From assembly GCF_006345805.1 (NCBI RefSeq), contig NC_043014.1, positions 38,998,001 to 39,062,000 on the forward strand: DNA of 64,000 nucleotides, written 5' to 3'. The stretch's first letter is position 1, and every line of letters starts with the position of its first letter. Made by a program: the position numbers and the translations under genes. Positions 46,460 to 59,304 of the stretch are shown piece by piece. The notes below the pieces were generated by a model that was not told where the DNA came from, did not search any database, and was given only the letters and a program-made list of their open reading frames with translations. The DNA is from Octopus sinensis (lineage: Eukaryota).

Positions 46460-47030
46460 ATCATCATCATCATCGTTTAGCGTCCGCTTTCCATGCTAGC
46501 ATGGGTTAGACGGTTCAACTGGGGTCTGGGAAGCCAGAAGGCTGCACCAGGCCCAGTCTGATCTGGCAATGTTTCTACAGCTGGATGTCCTTCCTAATGC
46601 CAACCACTCCATGAGTGTAGTGGATGCTTTTTACGTGCCACCAGCACAGGTGCCAGACGAGGCTGGCAAACAGCCACGGTCGGATGGTGCTTTTTACATG
46701 CCACCAGCACGAGGCCAGTCGGGGCGGCGCTGGCAATGGCCATGTTCGGATGGTTCTCTTACGTACCACCGGCACTGCTATCACAGCTGCAATTTCCGTT
46801 GATGTTGATCGATTTCGATTTTGATTTGGATTTTCACTTGCCTCAACAGATCTTCACAAGTAGAGTTTTGTGTCCCAAGAAGGAAAGGTAAGCATAAGTG
46901 GACTGGTTACATCCCATGTAGAGGCCACGGGTTATGATCTCACTTGTCCTGCCAGGTCTTCTCACGCACAGCATACTTCCAAAGATCTCGGTCTCTAGTC
47001 ATTTCCTCGGTGAGACCTAAAGTTCGAAGG
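46460..47030 (-). mobile_element. Family C RTE 3' portion
   Basis: Shared terminus, tandem units and ORF end near 47000. Confidence 0.82.
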
Positions 47031-47496
47031 TCTATATATATATATTTGTGTGTTTGTTGTTTGTTTCCCCCACTATCACTTGATAACTGATGTTAGTATG
47101 TTTACATCACTGTAACCTAGCGGTTCAGCAAAAGAGACCGATAGAATAAGTACTAGGCTTACAAAGAACAAGTCCTGGGGGAGGTCGATTTGTTCGACTG
47201 AAGGCGGTGCTCCAGCATGGCTGCAGTCAAATGATTGAAACAAATAAAAGGATAAAAGAATACATCATGTATATGATGATGGACTCCATTGCCAAAGACA
47301 ACTTTTGAGGTTTCAGTTTTTTTCTGCCGAATGACCTGCACAGATGATCTGTTCATTGGGATTAGATGTATGTGCCGCACATTAGCTCACTACCTCCATC
47401 AAATCAACATTGCCTGAATGTAAACAGTGTACATCGTCATTATTGTTTTAATGTCTACATTTTCTTGCTTGCATTGGCTCGACAGGTTTCGTTACA

Positions 47497-47917
47497 AAGG
47501 CGGCGAGCTGGCAGAAACGTTATCACGCCGGGCGAAATGCGTAGCCGTATTTCGTCTGCCGTTACGTTCCGAGTTCAAATTCCGCCGAGGTCAACTTTGC
47601 CTTTCATCCTTTCGGGGTCGATAAATTAAGTACCAGTTACGCACTGGGGTCGATGTAATCGACTTAATCCGTTTGTCTGTCCTTGTTTGTCCCCTCTGTG
47701 TTTAGCCCCTTGTGTGTAGTAAAGAAATAGGTATTTCATCTGCCACTACATTCTGAGTTCAAATTCCACTGAGGTCAACTTTGCCTTTCATCCTTTCGGG
47801 GTTGATTAAATATGTACCAAGTTACACACTGGGGTCAATATAATTGACTTAATCCGTTTGTCTGTCCTTGTTTGTCCTCTCTGTGTTTAGCCCCTTGTGG
47901 GTTGTAAAGAAATAGGT
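47497..47917 (+). mobile_element. Family B SINE dimer
   Basis: Full unit plus a second unit joined at aaagaaatag/gtatttcatctgcc. Confidence 0.9.
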
Positions 47918-48091
47918 TTTGTTACAAGCCACCGTCTGACATGGTTCTTTGTTATATCTGGGGCACACAGAGAAAAATTTTCCATCCTTGTTGCTATATA
48001 AAACATATATTAAACCCCAAGTGAAATCGTAGTCATGGCTGATGCTGGTGTCACGTAACTGGCACTTGTGCTGGTGGCACATAAAAAGCAT

Positions 48092-48508
48092 CTATTTCTT
48101 TACTACCCACAAGGGGCTAAACACAGAGAGGACAAACAAGGACAGACAAATGGATTAAGTCAATTATATCGACCCCAGTGCGTAACTGGTACTTATTTAA
48201 TCAACTCTGAAAGGATGAAAGGCAAAGTCGACCATGGCAGAATTTGAACTCAGAACGTAGCGGCAGATGAAATACCTATTTCTTTATTAACCACAAGGTG
48301 CTAAACATAGAGGGGACAAACAAGGACAGACATGGGTATTAAGTCGATTACATCGACCCCAGTGCATAACTGGTACTTAATTTGTCGATCCCTAAAGGAT
48401 GAAAGGCAAAGTCGACCTTGGCGGAATTTGAACTCAGAACGTAACGGCAGATGAAATACAGCTAAGCATTTTGCCTGGCATGCTAACGTTTCTGCCAGCT
48501 CGCCGCTT
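48092..48508 (-). mobile_element. Family B SINE dimer inserted in a family C copy
   Basis: Same dimer junction on the minus strand; gcacataa..aaaagca on both flanks. Confidence 0.88.
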
Positions 48509-49076
48509 TGCACATAAGAAAAAAGCACCTTTCAAGCATTGGGAATCATGGAAGCAAAGTGGATGATGCTGGTGGCATGTGAAAAGCTCCTTTTGAGTGT
48601 TGGGCCTCACCGAGACAACATCGAACGACCGAGACCTTTGGCATTATGTTGTGCTTGAGGAGAAGACCCATCAAACCAAGTAAAATCAGTCGTGGAAGAC
48701 ACTGATGTTACACAAATGGCAACCGTGCTGGTGGCACGTAAAAGTACCCACTACACTCTCGGAGTTGCTGGCGTTAGGAAGGGCAGCCAGCCATAGAAAC
48801 CATGCTAAATTAGACTGGAGCCTGGTGCAGCCTTCCAGCTTGTCAGCCCTGGTCAAACCATCCAACCCATACCAGCTTGGACAACATACATTAAATAACG
48901 ATGATGATGATGATGATGTGCTACTAATACAATGATTTACTGTTCTATGATGTTTCTATCTTACCATCACGTTTCAAATGATTTACATTTATGTCAAAGA
49001 GTTGCAATGTTCACCATATCCTATCTTATCTCACTTCCTATACCATATCATTTGATATCATTCTGTTTTACTTCAG

Positions 49077-49226
49077 ATATATTATATTATGTTTATATGG
49101 GAATGCTTGCCGTGTTTTGCACAAACGCCATCAATATTTTGGCTGGAGTAAATGGTTTAGAAGTTGGTCAGTCTGTCATAATTGCTGCATCTGTACTAAT
49201 TTTCAACATTATTGAGATAGTATATG
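49077..49226 (+). CDS. DPAGT1: DPAGT1 coding exon 4 ([33 protein letters not shown]...IIEIVY+G)
   Basis: ttacttcag acceptor, gtaagt donor; [14 protein letters not shown] motif; 150 nt, phase 1-1. Confidence 0.97.
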
Positions 49227-50474
49227 GTAAGTGAAGATTTTTTTTTGTTTCTGTATTTTTTTTTCTTTGTGTTATTTTTCAAATTATCATTTCATTTTTT
49301 TGTACGTCATTGACTCTTTTTATCCACTGCAATTTCATTATCTCTAACACACGAGATTAGATTGCAGTGCATTTGAATTTAGGTTTGTGTGTGTGCATGT
49401 GTGCGCGGTTAAGAAGTCTGCTTCACAATCACATGCTTCTAGATTCAATCTCACTTGCTCAACACCTTGAGCAAGTATATTCTGTCTCAGCCTCAGGTTA
49501 GTAAATGACTTGCGAGTGATTCTGGAAAGTTCACTGACTCTGTGTGTGTGTCCCCATCTCTCTCTGTATATATATATATATATATATATATCATCATCAT
49601 CTTTTAGTGTCCGCTTTCCCAATCTTGCATGTGTCAGACAGAATTTGCTGAGGCAAATTTTCTATAGCCAGATGCCTTTTCAGTTGCCAACCCTCACCTG
49701 TTTCCATACAAGGTAATATTTCCCCATGGCCAGACTTGTTTTTCACTGAAGAATGAAGGTGAACAACATTCCTTGTATGATGCTGATGCTTATTTGCAAC
49801 CATCATATGATGTCACATTAGTAAATAAATACATACAGAAATTTTATCCAATATTTTCTGTATAATTCATTAATTTCCTCCTCAAATTTGTAATCGTGCT
49901 TCATATTGGGATAAAATGTTTGTCTCCTTTGTAATAGCTATGACCTTTAAGACGGCATGTGTATATAAATTATATTGTTTTCTTTATATTGTTGATTAGC
50001 ACAAATCTGGAAGAAACCAGCTCAGTTTTATAGCTTTTATAACCTGCTTTAAGTTTTTAACAGTTTGTGTCTTCAAAATATTTCTTCACACTTGGGAAGT
50101 ACTTGAAACTATATTTTCTAATTCATGATGGAATAATTCATGTTTACTCTCAAAGCTCTTAATCAAGTCACAACTTGTCAGTAACTTTCCCCAAAGCTTA
50201 CAACTTAGCATTAAGTTTGTTCAGATGCAATAAAAACACTATGAGTTAACTGACTTGAGCAAAATCACTTAGCTGGAAAAAAACCTCCTGTTTTTCATGA
50301 TTTTCTTATTTAAAAATAATCTTATTTCACTTAAATATTCAACAAAACAGTTCAAGTACTGAATTATAACATCACCCAACCATAGATGTCATTTGTGTTT
50401 CCATCCATACTTAATTATAAAACTAATTACTGTGGGTTTTTTACCCTTTGTTATATCATTTTCTCATTGGTATC

Positions 50475-51135
50475 AACCCGGGACAGTGAAACTGTCCTGC
50501 ACGCGATTGTGCAATGCCCCAAGGTGACTGAACTCTGGGCTTATGTCGAAAACCTGCTGTCGCATTCGAGAAGAGTACAACTGTCGAGCGAATCTGTAAT
50601 TAAGATCGTTCCGCCGACCTCCCTGAATAGGGAGGAGCGAGCCTGTTTTCTCTCGGTAGTTGCTATGGCGTAAGAAGTAGCATGGAAGACGAGAGTGAAA
50701 GGAATTGCAACAGGTATGTTCATCTCCAGTCTCGAGCTAATCGACTTTTTCGTTTTCCACATGAAACGGAAAATAAGGCTGGAGAAGAAATGCCTGTCGC
50801 AAAGTGTGTTTTGTAAAAGATGGAAGTATATAGCAAGTATGTTGCGAGTGAAAGAACTTGTTTAAACGAGAACAAAACAAAAAGGAAAAGGCAATGTCTT
50901 CAGTGTGAGTATGTCTTTTGTGGGGTCGACCGCGTCCTCCGCTTCATTTTTTGCTAATCACTCATTCTCATTTAATTGTATATATTTTAATTGTTTATTC
51001 ATACGTTTTGTCTCATTTGATACCCTGACCCCAACGTTTGTTTTGTCCCCTCTTTTTCTCAACCTTATGGTGAATAAAGAAATACTCTCTCTCTCCCCCC
51101 TCTCTCTCCTTCTTTCTCTCCCTCTCTCTTTCTTT
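50475..51135 (+). mobile_element. Tx1/L1-clade LINE 3' end
   Basis: DSETVLHAIVQCPKVTELWAYVE...ACFLSVVAMA*EVAWKTR...FCKRW (zf-RVT-type C-terminus), then pyrimidine-rich 3'UTR. Confidence 0.8.
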
Positions 51136-51226
51136 TTCTGTCTTTTGCTAGCTAAGAGGTTAGTTACTGTAATTCTTCAATAACATTTCCATCTCAGTCT
51201 CACTGTCTTTCACTTTCTTTCCTTAG

Positions 51227-51311
51227 GTAACCAACCTGCCACACATGAATTTTCCATCTATTTTTTAATGCCATTCACTGCCTTGTGTTGTGTCTTACTC
51301 TGGCACAATTG
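51227..51311 (+). CDS. DPAGT1: DPAGT1 coding exon 5 (G-NQPATHEFSIYFLMPFTALCCVLLWHN+TG)
   Basis: ctttccttag acceptor, gtgagg donor; HxFSxYFxxPF...HNW motif; 85 nt. Confidence 0.94.
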
Positions 51312-51445
51312 GTGAGGAAATGCTTTTTTTTATCTTTTTGCTTGGTTTCGTTTTGCTTTTTTTCTACCATAAATATTTATGTTCTGTGGCAAATGTTATA
51401 GTTGACTGTCCTCATTATGATAACTACAACTTACAATTTACTTAA

Positions 51446-51665
51446 CCCTTTAGTATTTAAACTGGCTATATCCGGCCCAAATATTCTACTCATTTTATGC
51501 TCAAACTGGCCAGAACCAGTATCTCACACCTACCCTGCAATGTCATTCTAAAAATAAACAATTACATCTTTCAAATCTTGAAGCTACAAGATAATACCAG
51601 ATTAATTTTTTTAAATGTAAATGAATAAAGATTACTTTTGACATATTAATTTGAACGCTAAGGGG
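51446..51665. mobile_element. piggyBac-type MITE
   Basis: TTAA at 51442-51445 and 51666-51669. Confidence 0.8.
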
Positions 51666-52257
51666 TTAAGCCTTTATTTAGGCACAATGTGGCTGTGTGG
51701 TAAGAAGCTTGCTTCCCAACCACATGGTTCTGGGTTCGGTCCCAGTTCATGGCACCTTGAGCAAGTGTTTTCTATTGTAGTCTCAGGCTAACCAAAGCCT
51801 TGTGAAAGGATTTGGTAGATGGAAACTGAAAGAAGCTTGTCGTGTATATATATCTTTGTGTCTGTGTTTGTCTTCCACCACGGCTTGACAACCAGTGTTG
51901 GTGTGTTTATGTCCCCATAACTCAGTGGTTCAGTAAAAGAGGCCATTTACAAAAAAATGATAAGCACTGGGGTTGATAAGTTCGACTACAATTCTTCAAA
52001 GTGATGCTCCAGCATGGCCGCAGTCTAATGACTGAAGCAAAGACTGAAACAGTACTCATGCCACTTAAAAAGTACTGGCCCCATGTAAAAAGCCCCCAGT
52101 ACACTCTCTGGAGTGGGTAGCTGTTGGGGAGGGCACCCAGCTGTAGAAATCAAGCTGCAACAGATTATGAAACCTGGTGCAGTTCCTATCAAGTTGTCCA
52201 ACCCATGCCAGCATGGAAAATGGATGTTAAATGTTGATGATGATGATGATGATGATG

Positions 52258-52660
52258 ATACAGGAGTGGCTGTGTGGTAAGTAGCTTGCCTACCAACCAC
52301 ATGGTTCCGGGTTCAGTCCCACTGCATGGCATCTTGGGCAAGTGTCTTCTGCTATAGCCTCGGGCCGACCAAAGCCTTGTGAGTGGATTTGGTCGACGGA
52401 AACTGGAAGAAGCCTGTCGTATATATGTATATATATATATGTATGTATGTGTGTGTATATGTTTGTCCCTCTGGCATTGCTTGACAACCGATGCTGGTGT
52501 GTTTACGTCCCCGTCACTTAGCGGTTCGGCAAAAGAGACTGATAGAATAAGTACTGGGCTTACAAAGAATAAGTCTCGGGGTCGATTTGCTCGACTAAAG
52601 GCGGTGCTCCAGCATGGCCGCAATCAAATGACTGAAACAAGTAAAAGAGTAAAGAGAGTA
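52258..52660 (+). mobile_element. Family A SINE ending about 40 nt before DPAGT1 exon 6
   Basis: Full head-to-tail copy. Confidence 0.9.
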
Positions 52661-52700
52661 TACATATCCAACAACTTTTAAACTTTGCATCTTTTTCTAG

Positions 52701-52889
52701 GTACCCTGCTGAAGTGTTTGTTGGTGACACTTTTTGTTACTTCTCTGGCATGACGTTTGCTGTGGTTGCCATCCTGGGACACTTCAGCAAAACCCTTCTA
52801 CTTTTCTTCATTCCACAAGTGTTCAACTTTCTCTATTCAGTGCCACAGCTTTTCCATTTCTTACCATGTCCACGACACAGGATACCAAA
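52701..52889 (+). CDS. DPAGT1: DPAGT1 coding exon 6 ([63 protein letters not shown]+AA)
   Basis: tttttctag acceptor, gtaagt donor; FVGDTF and PCPRHR catalytic motifs; 189 nt. Confidence 0.97.
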
Positions 52890-52936
52890 GTAAGTGGGTT
52901 TCACCGACTTTGATTATTCACTTATTAATTTTTGAA

Positions 52937-53035
52937 TCATCATAATCATCATCACCATCATCACCACCATCACCACCATCACCACCACCACCTCCATCAT
53001 CATCATCATCATCATCATCTTCTTCTTCTTCTTCT
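52937..53035. repeat. Compound (CAT)/(CAC)/(CTT) trinucleotide repeat
   Basis: Directly visible; source of the poly-His ORF in the track. Confidence 0.95.
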
Positions 53036-53426
53036 CCGTCACCACTGCCACTGCCTTTTCTTTTCTGTTTCAAAATTGGGGTCAGTATCGGCCCTTGTGG
53101 GGCATTGGCCTATGTGGTTAGCCAAGGGATTGATAAGATTAAATATTCCAATTATATCAATATGATATCACACGATCAACCAGATTATTGGATGGTGTTA
53201 CACATCACTGGTCACAATGCTCCTTGCATTGTTTTGCTTTCAAAACATACCACTCCACTGGCTAGGCAAGCAGACCAACACTCCTCCTGGTCATGAAGCC
53301 AGTCCATTGCAAGGTTATTCACTTGCAGTAGAGTGCATTAGAGCAACTTGAATTGAAGCATTCAGTTCAGGAACACTACATGCCATCTGTTCCAAAAATT
53401 GAACCCACAACAATCCTCCTTATATA

Positions 53427-53462
<36 letters not shown>

Positions 53463-53463
<1 letters not shown>

Positions 53464-53633
53464 TTCTAAACTTCGGTATGTGGTAAAGCAAATCTTTGCT
53501 GAACCCTTATTATAATTATACTCGTAATTATAAAATATTATATATATATATATATATTTCTAAACTTCGGTATGTGGTAAAGCAAATCTTTGCTGAACCC
53601 TTATTATAATTATACTCGTAATTATAAAATATT
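53463..53633. repeat. Exact 94-bp-period tandem duplication bounded by (TA)n
   Basis: 77-bp unique unit identical at 53463-53539 and 53557-53633. Confidence 0.95.
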
Positions 53634-54399
53634 ATATATATATATATATATATATATCACGATATTGACCAAACTATTAGATGTTGTTATACATCGCTAG
53701 TCACAGTGCTCTTTGCCTTATTTTAGCTTTTAAATGATGCCACCCCACTGGCTAGGCGAGCAGGCCAACATTCTCTTTGATTGGTAGGCTAGTCCACCCC
53801 AGGATTACTCACTTACAGCTGAGTGAACTGGAGCAACATGAAATGAAGTGTCTTGCTCAAGAACACAACACACTGCTCAGTCTGGGAATTGAACCGCCAG
53901 TCTAGCAATTGCTTAGTGGCATTTCATCTGTCTTTATGTTCTGAATTCAAATTCTGCTGAAGTCAACTTCATCTTTCATCGTTTTGGGGTTGATAAAATA
54001 AGTACCAATTGAAGACTGGAGCCAATGTAATCAACTCATGTCATCCCCTGAACTTGCTGGCCTTATGCCAAACTTTGAAACCATTATTATTATTATTTAG
54101 GTGGTGAGCTAGCAGAATCATTAGCATGCCAAGCAAAATGCTTAGCATCATTTGTCTGTCTTTACATTCTGAGTTCAAATTCTGTGATGGTTGACCTTAC
54201 CTTTCATCCCTTCAGGGTTGATTAAATGACTACCAATTGAACACTAGGGTCAATGTAATTGTCTTATCCCATTCCCAAAATTGCTGGCCTTGTGCCAAAA
54301 TTTGAAACCATTGTTTTGGTTTGGCTCAGGTTCAGGCTTGTTCCTTGTAGGATTTATGTGGGTAGCAGGTTACTACCTGTAACCTTAGGTATCCACAAG

Positions 54400-54700
54400 T
54401 TTTCAGCAGTTTTTCAAGTGCTTAGAATCCTCCTGATAATCCTTGCTGTTCCTAAGAGACAAACTTTCTGTTGGAGCTCTACCAGGCATTCTATTTCTAT
54501 CTCTTTCAGCCATTTATCTATACCTAGTTGGGAAGGGCAGGCTGTTTTTCTTTGCCTGAAGGCCTTAGTGAAAGAGGTTGTGTGGTGAACCAGATTGAAA
54601 GGGCTGAAGACACATACCTTCCTCTTTGGCCAAGCCCACATCAACTTTTTCAAGTTTTACTTGAAAAAGAAAGTGAGGATGAAGAGGGAAGTTATGCTCT
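54400..54700 (-). mobile_element. R4/Dong-type (restriction-like endonuclease) non-LTR C-terminal fragment
   Basis: ...IDKWLKEIEIECLVELQQKVCLLGTARIIRRILST-stop. Confidence 0.7.
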
Positions 54701-54729
54701 CCAACAATTTTGTTATATTTGAAGACCTA

Positions 54730-55180
54730 TTGAAGCAAGTGAAATCAAATCAAAATTGCTGACGTGGCCGATGACAGTACCGCCTGATTGGCACTCGTGC
54801 CAGTGAAATGTTAAAATCACATCCAAGTGTGATCGTTGCCGGGGCCATGGATTGGCTCCCATTCCGGTGGTACATAAAAAGCACCATTTGAATGTAATCA
54901 TTGCCAGAGTCGCCTTACTAGCATATGTACTGGTGGCACATGAAAAACCACATTCGAGCATGGTTGTTGCTAATGCTGCCGGACTGGCTCCTGTGCAGGT
55001 AGCACATAAAAACACCTTTTGAGTGTGGTTGTTGCCAGGACTGCCTGACTGGCTCTCGTGCCAGTGGCACGTAAAAGTGCCCACTACACTCTCGGAATGG
55101 TTGGCATTAGGAAGGGCATCCAGCTGTAGAAACTTTGCCAGATCAGATTGAAAGAGGACATTAAACGCCGACGATGATAA
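54730..55180 (+). mobile_element. Family C RTE 3'UTR with several tandem units
   Basis: Repeated tgccagt..ggcac.taaaaagcacc units. Confidence 0.8.
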
Positions 55181-55561
55181 TGATTGTTTTTGTCGTTCAT
55201 TGTTTACACGACTTTCATGTAACCCCACATTATATTTGTCCTGTGTTGTCCATTATGCTTTTTTATATAAACTCTTAGTGGTTAATAAGGAAATCATTAT
55301 TATTAATATTATTGGCAGGAAAAAAGCACCATCCGACCGTGGCCGTTTGTCAGCCCCATCTGGCACCTGTGCTCGTGGCACGTAAAAAGCACCCACTACA
55401 CTCATGGAGTGGTTGGCATTAGGAAGGGCATCCAGCCGTAGAAACATTGCCAGATCAGACTGGGCCTGGTGCATCCTTCTGGCTTCCCAGACCCCAGTTG
55501 AACCGTCCAACCCATGCTAGCATGGAAAGCGGACGCTAAATGATGATGATGATGATGAATT

Positions 55562-55796
55562 TCTTATTTCTTTATTGCCTACAAGAGGTTAAACATAGAG
55601 GGAACAAACAAGTACAGACAAATGGATTAAGTCGATTACATTGACCTCAGTGCATCACTGGTACTTAATTTATTGACCCCGAAAGATATAAGGCAAAGTC
55701 GACCCCGGCGGAATTTGAACTCAGAATGCAGCAGCAGACGAAATACCACAAAGCATTTCGTCTGGCGTACTAACGTTTCTGCCAGCTCGCCGCCTT
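55562..55796 (-). mobile_element. Family B SINE about 40 nt upstream of DPAGT1 exon 7
   Basis: Reverse complement of the family B pattern seen at 22698 and 57570. Confidence 0.88.
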
Positions 55797-55836
55797 ATTA
55801 TTAATTTCTTTTAATTTCTCTTCTCTATTTTTGCAG

Positions 55837-56086
55837 ATTTGATCCGAAAGCAAACAAAGTAGGAATAAGCCTCATGAACTGTGAACGTAATCAAATCAAA
55901 CCGCTTGGGTGGATAATGCTAAAAGTGTTGTCATTCTTCCGTCTCATCCAACTAAATGAAATGAAATCCAAAAATAGCAAAGAAACTGTTATAGAATGTA
56001 ACAACCTAACATTGCTAAACTTAGTATTAGTTTATACTGGTCCACTTCATGAAAGAACTCTTGTCTTGATTCTCCTCTCCATTCAG
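55837..56086 (+). CDS. DPAGT1: DPAGT1 coding exon 7 (K-FDPKANKVGISLMN...ECNNLTLLNLVLVYTGPLHERTLVLILLSIQ)
   Basis: tttttgcag acceptor, gtgagt donor; NNLTLLN and GPLHE motifs; 250 nt, phase 2-0. Confidence 0.95.
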
Positions 56087-56257
56087 GTGAGTTCAGCACT
56101 CCAGTTTGCACGTATGCACATGCACACACACACACACTCATACACACATGCCATGATTGATCGCTAGCTACTAAACCTTTTTTTATTTTCTCTCTCTGTT
56201 TATCGTTAGGCCTAACTCATCATAAAGTTAATACCACCATGACTGATATCCAAACTA

Positions 56258-56718
56258 CAGTGGAGAAGGCTAGCCACTGGATTTGGTTAAAAAGAGATGA
56301 TGAGCAATGGCTAGAGAAATAGTGAGCTTTATTTAATAGCCAGTTGATCTAGCAAACAGGACCGCATATCAGCGAGGGGGGTCCATGCACATCACATAAA
56401 TGTGATGGATTACTGTGTCTGGAGCTTGTTATTAGCGGAGATACAGAAATATCGATGCCATATAACTGTCAGTGATGAATTCAAAATGTGCTTCATAAAA
56501 ACTTGGAATCACATTCCTCAAATTACACTTCAAAATGCCACATGATCTTGGATTTCTCAATTAAAATGCTGTCACAAAGTGCACAGAAGACATTTTGAAC
56601 ATTAGTGAGTGTTAATACAACATCATGCTTTGTGACGTTTATTGTTTACCCTAAATAGACCTTGTGAAAATATAAATCAGCATTTCATGAATTTTCCACT
56701 TTTCTAGCGACCACCCTG
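56258..56718 (+). mobile_element. Degenerate Tc1/mariner transposase C-terminal remnant
   Basis: NVMDYCVWSLL...DEFK.CFIKTWNHIPQITLQNA...HFEH-stop across frames; ends caccctg/TA. Confidence 0.55.
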
Positions 56719-57569
56719 TATGTGCATATATATACATATATGTGTGTATGTGTGTGTGTATATCTATATATATATATAATAATTATTTGAGGGAATATTA
56801 ATCCTAACTTACAGGGAAAAAATTCAATTTAGAAATGCTAAATCAAATTTCACACAATATAATATATATATAAAAATTAGAAAAAAACTCCTTTTATCAA
56901 TTCAAAATGAACAATTAAATTAGACTATCTAGAAAATTACATATAATAGAAATATTAAAATTAAAATAACAATAAAATACCGACGATTAAGTAAATTGTA
57001 AAAAAAAATAATAATAATAAAATCGTATATATATATATATATATATATACTCATATGCAATATGTGCATGATATCATAGGTGTGTGTCCTGCAACAAGTT
57101 CTAATGAAATTGTATACCTATACACATTTCTAATGAAATGCTTATAGGTATACAATGGACTCACCCATTGAAGATGATATATGAGTGTTCAGTGTTTGAC
57201 AAATGACCTGCACAAATGATTTGTTTATAGTTATCAAATGTATGTGCCATATATTAGGTCACTCTTTCCATCAAATTGTTGTCTCAACAGGTGCACAGTG
57301 TACCACACGTCAGGTGTCAAAGTGATTGCGAACAGCATGAGATGAAGTGTTTTGCTTAAGAATACAATGCACCACACACACACACACACACAGACACACT
57401 AGATGAGCTTCCTTCAGTTTCTGTCTACCATATCCAGTTACAAGGCTTTGTTTCAGCCTAAGGCGATAGTAAAAGACACTTGCCTGATGTGCCACGCTAT
57501 GAAACTAAAGTCAGAACCATGTGTTTGGGACACAAGCTTCTTACCATACAGCCATATATAAATTGAAAA

Positions 57570-57792
57570 AAGGCGGCGAGCTGGCAGACACGTTAGTGCG
57601 CTTGGTGAAATGCTTAGTGGTATTTCGTCTGTCGTTACATTCTGAGTTCAAATTCCGCCGAGGTCGACTTTGCCTTTCATCCTTTCGGGGTCGATAAATA
57701 AAGTACCAGTTTCGCACTGGGGTCGATGTAATCCCTTTGTCTGTCCTTGTTTGTTCCCTCTATGTTTAGCCTCTTGTGGGCAATAAAGAAAT
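57570..57792 (+). mobile_element. Family B SINE with 16-bp TSD
   Basis: atatataaattgaaaa on both sides. Confidence 0.9.
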
Positions 57793-57961
57793 ATATATAA
57801 ATTGAAAATGTGGCACATGGGGAATAACAAAGGAACTGCCATGACACTGAATCCTTTAAGGCCCTCATGCTTTCCGAAATCCGCTGAAACTACACCTGAT
57901 TATATATACACTTTAGATGAGTTGTAGTGCACCTGAGCACTGTACACAATTATTATTATTA

Positions 57962-57999
<38 letters not shown>

Positions 58000-58307
58000 G
58001 ATAAAAAAAGACAGGTTAAAAAAAAAACACAATGAATGAAGACATGCTTGATCTCATCAGTTATTGACCAAAAGTCATCACAATTTCGACACCTGATTAT
58101 ATTGTATTAATTTGGTGGTTGTCAGTGACATAAGCTGATGAGGTGTGAATGGGTGGAACAGAAAGATGAAAAAGAACAGAAAAGATTTTATAAGTACAAT
58201 GATAAGAAAAGATGAGTCTGGATTATGGGGAGACAGAATGAAATAAATATGATGAAAGAAACAAATAGAGAAGGACACTAGCAAAAAAATAATAAGCAAC
58301 ACAGTGA

Positions 58308-58510
58308 TCATCATCATCATTGTTCGACAGTGGTCGAGACAATGGAATTTACCATGCTACACCAGACTTCACGGTCCATCATAGCATTACGGAGGTCCTG
58401 TTGCTGGATGCCTGTATCCCTGGAGATTACATCAGGGTAGGAGAGTGTGCACCCTCTGGTATCCAGAGTAGATGGCTTCCAGAGGAGAAGAGTAGTGATA
58501 GTCGCATACA
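58308..58510 (-). mobile_element. RTE LINE 3' end (another subfamily)
   Basis: LLLWKPSTLDTRG..LSYPDVISRDTGIQQQDLRNAMMDREVWCSMVNSIVSTTVEQ-stop, then (GAT)n. Confidence 0.82.
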
Positions 58511-59304
58511 AAGAATGTCTTTTGAGTATGCAATAAATATAATACATGATGTGTGAAGTAATGCTAATAGGAAAGGCTTTGGAAAGAAAATATATATATA
58601 TATAGGCACAGGCATGGCTGTGTGGTAAGAAGCTTGCTTACCAACCACATGGTTCTGGGTTCAGTGCTACTGCGTGGCACCTTCGGCAAGTGTCTTCTAC
58701 TATAACCTCTAGCCAACCAAAGCCTTGTGAGTGGATTTGGTAGACAGAACCTGAAAAACGCCCATCATATATATCTGTGTGTGTGTGTGTGTGTGTGTGT
58801 ATTTGTGTCTGTGTTTGTCCCCCACCGAATGACAGATGGTGTTGCTGTGTTTACATCCTCGTAACTCTGTGGTTCGGCAAAAGGAACCGATAGAATAAGT
58901 ACCAGGCTTTAAAAAAACAAAAACAATACTGGGGTCAATCAATTCATTCGACTGAAACTTCTTCAAGGTGGTGCTCCAGCATGGCCGCGGTCTAAAGAGT
59001 TTTAAAAATTCTTTTAAACGACAGAAAATTCATGTAAACCCGTAGAATATACACACACACACACTCTCAAGAGTGCAATACAGAGTTACCTCCCTTATAG
59101 TTTTAATATCTCACTTGTTTATTAATGTTATTGCTTCAGATGAGAATTGATCTAACAACCAATGCTCAAAGGTATTCCACTCTTGACCAAACAACTTTGA
59201 GCAGACTTTGAGTTGAAAACATTCCAGCTATGACCATTCCTTCAGTTTGTTTTCTTTTGTTCTTTTGATGTTTTATTTACATGTCTCTGACTTCATTAAC
59301 TAAT

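Noticed and set aside
52932-53165. Poly-histidine ORF
   Set aside because: Intronic (CAT)/(CAC) trinucleotide repeat with no splice or homology support
54713-55228. 171-aa minus-strand ORF and similar LDALPNANHS-containing ORFs
   Set aside because: Antisense translation of the family C RTE 3'UTR; the same peptide recurs at every copy
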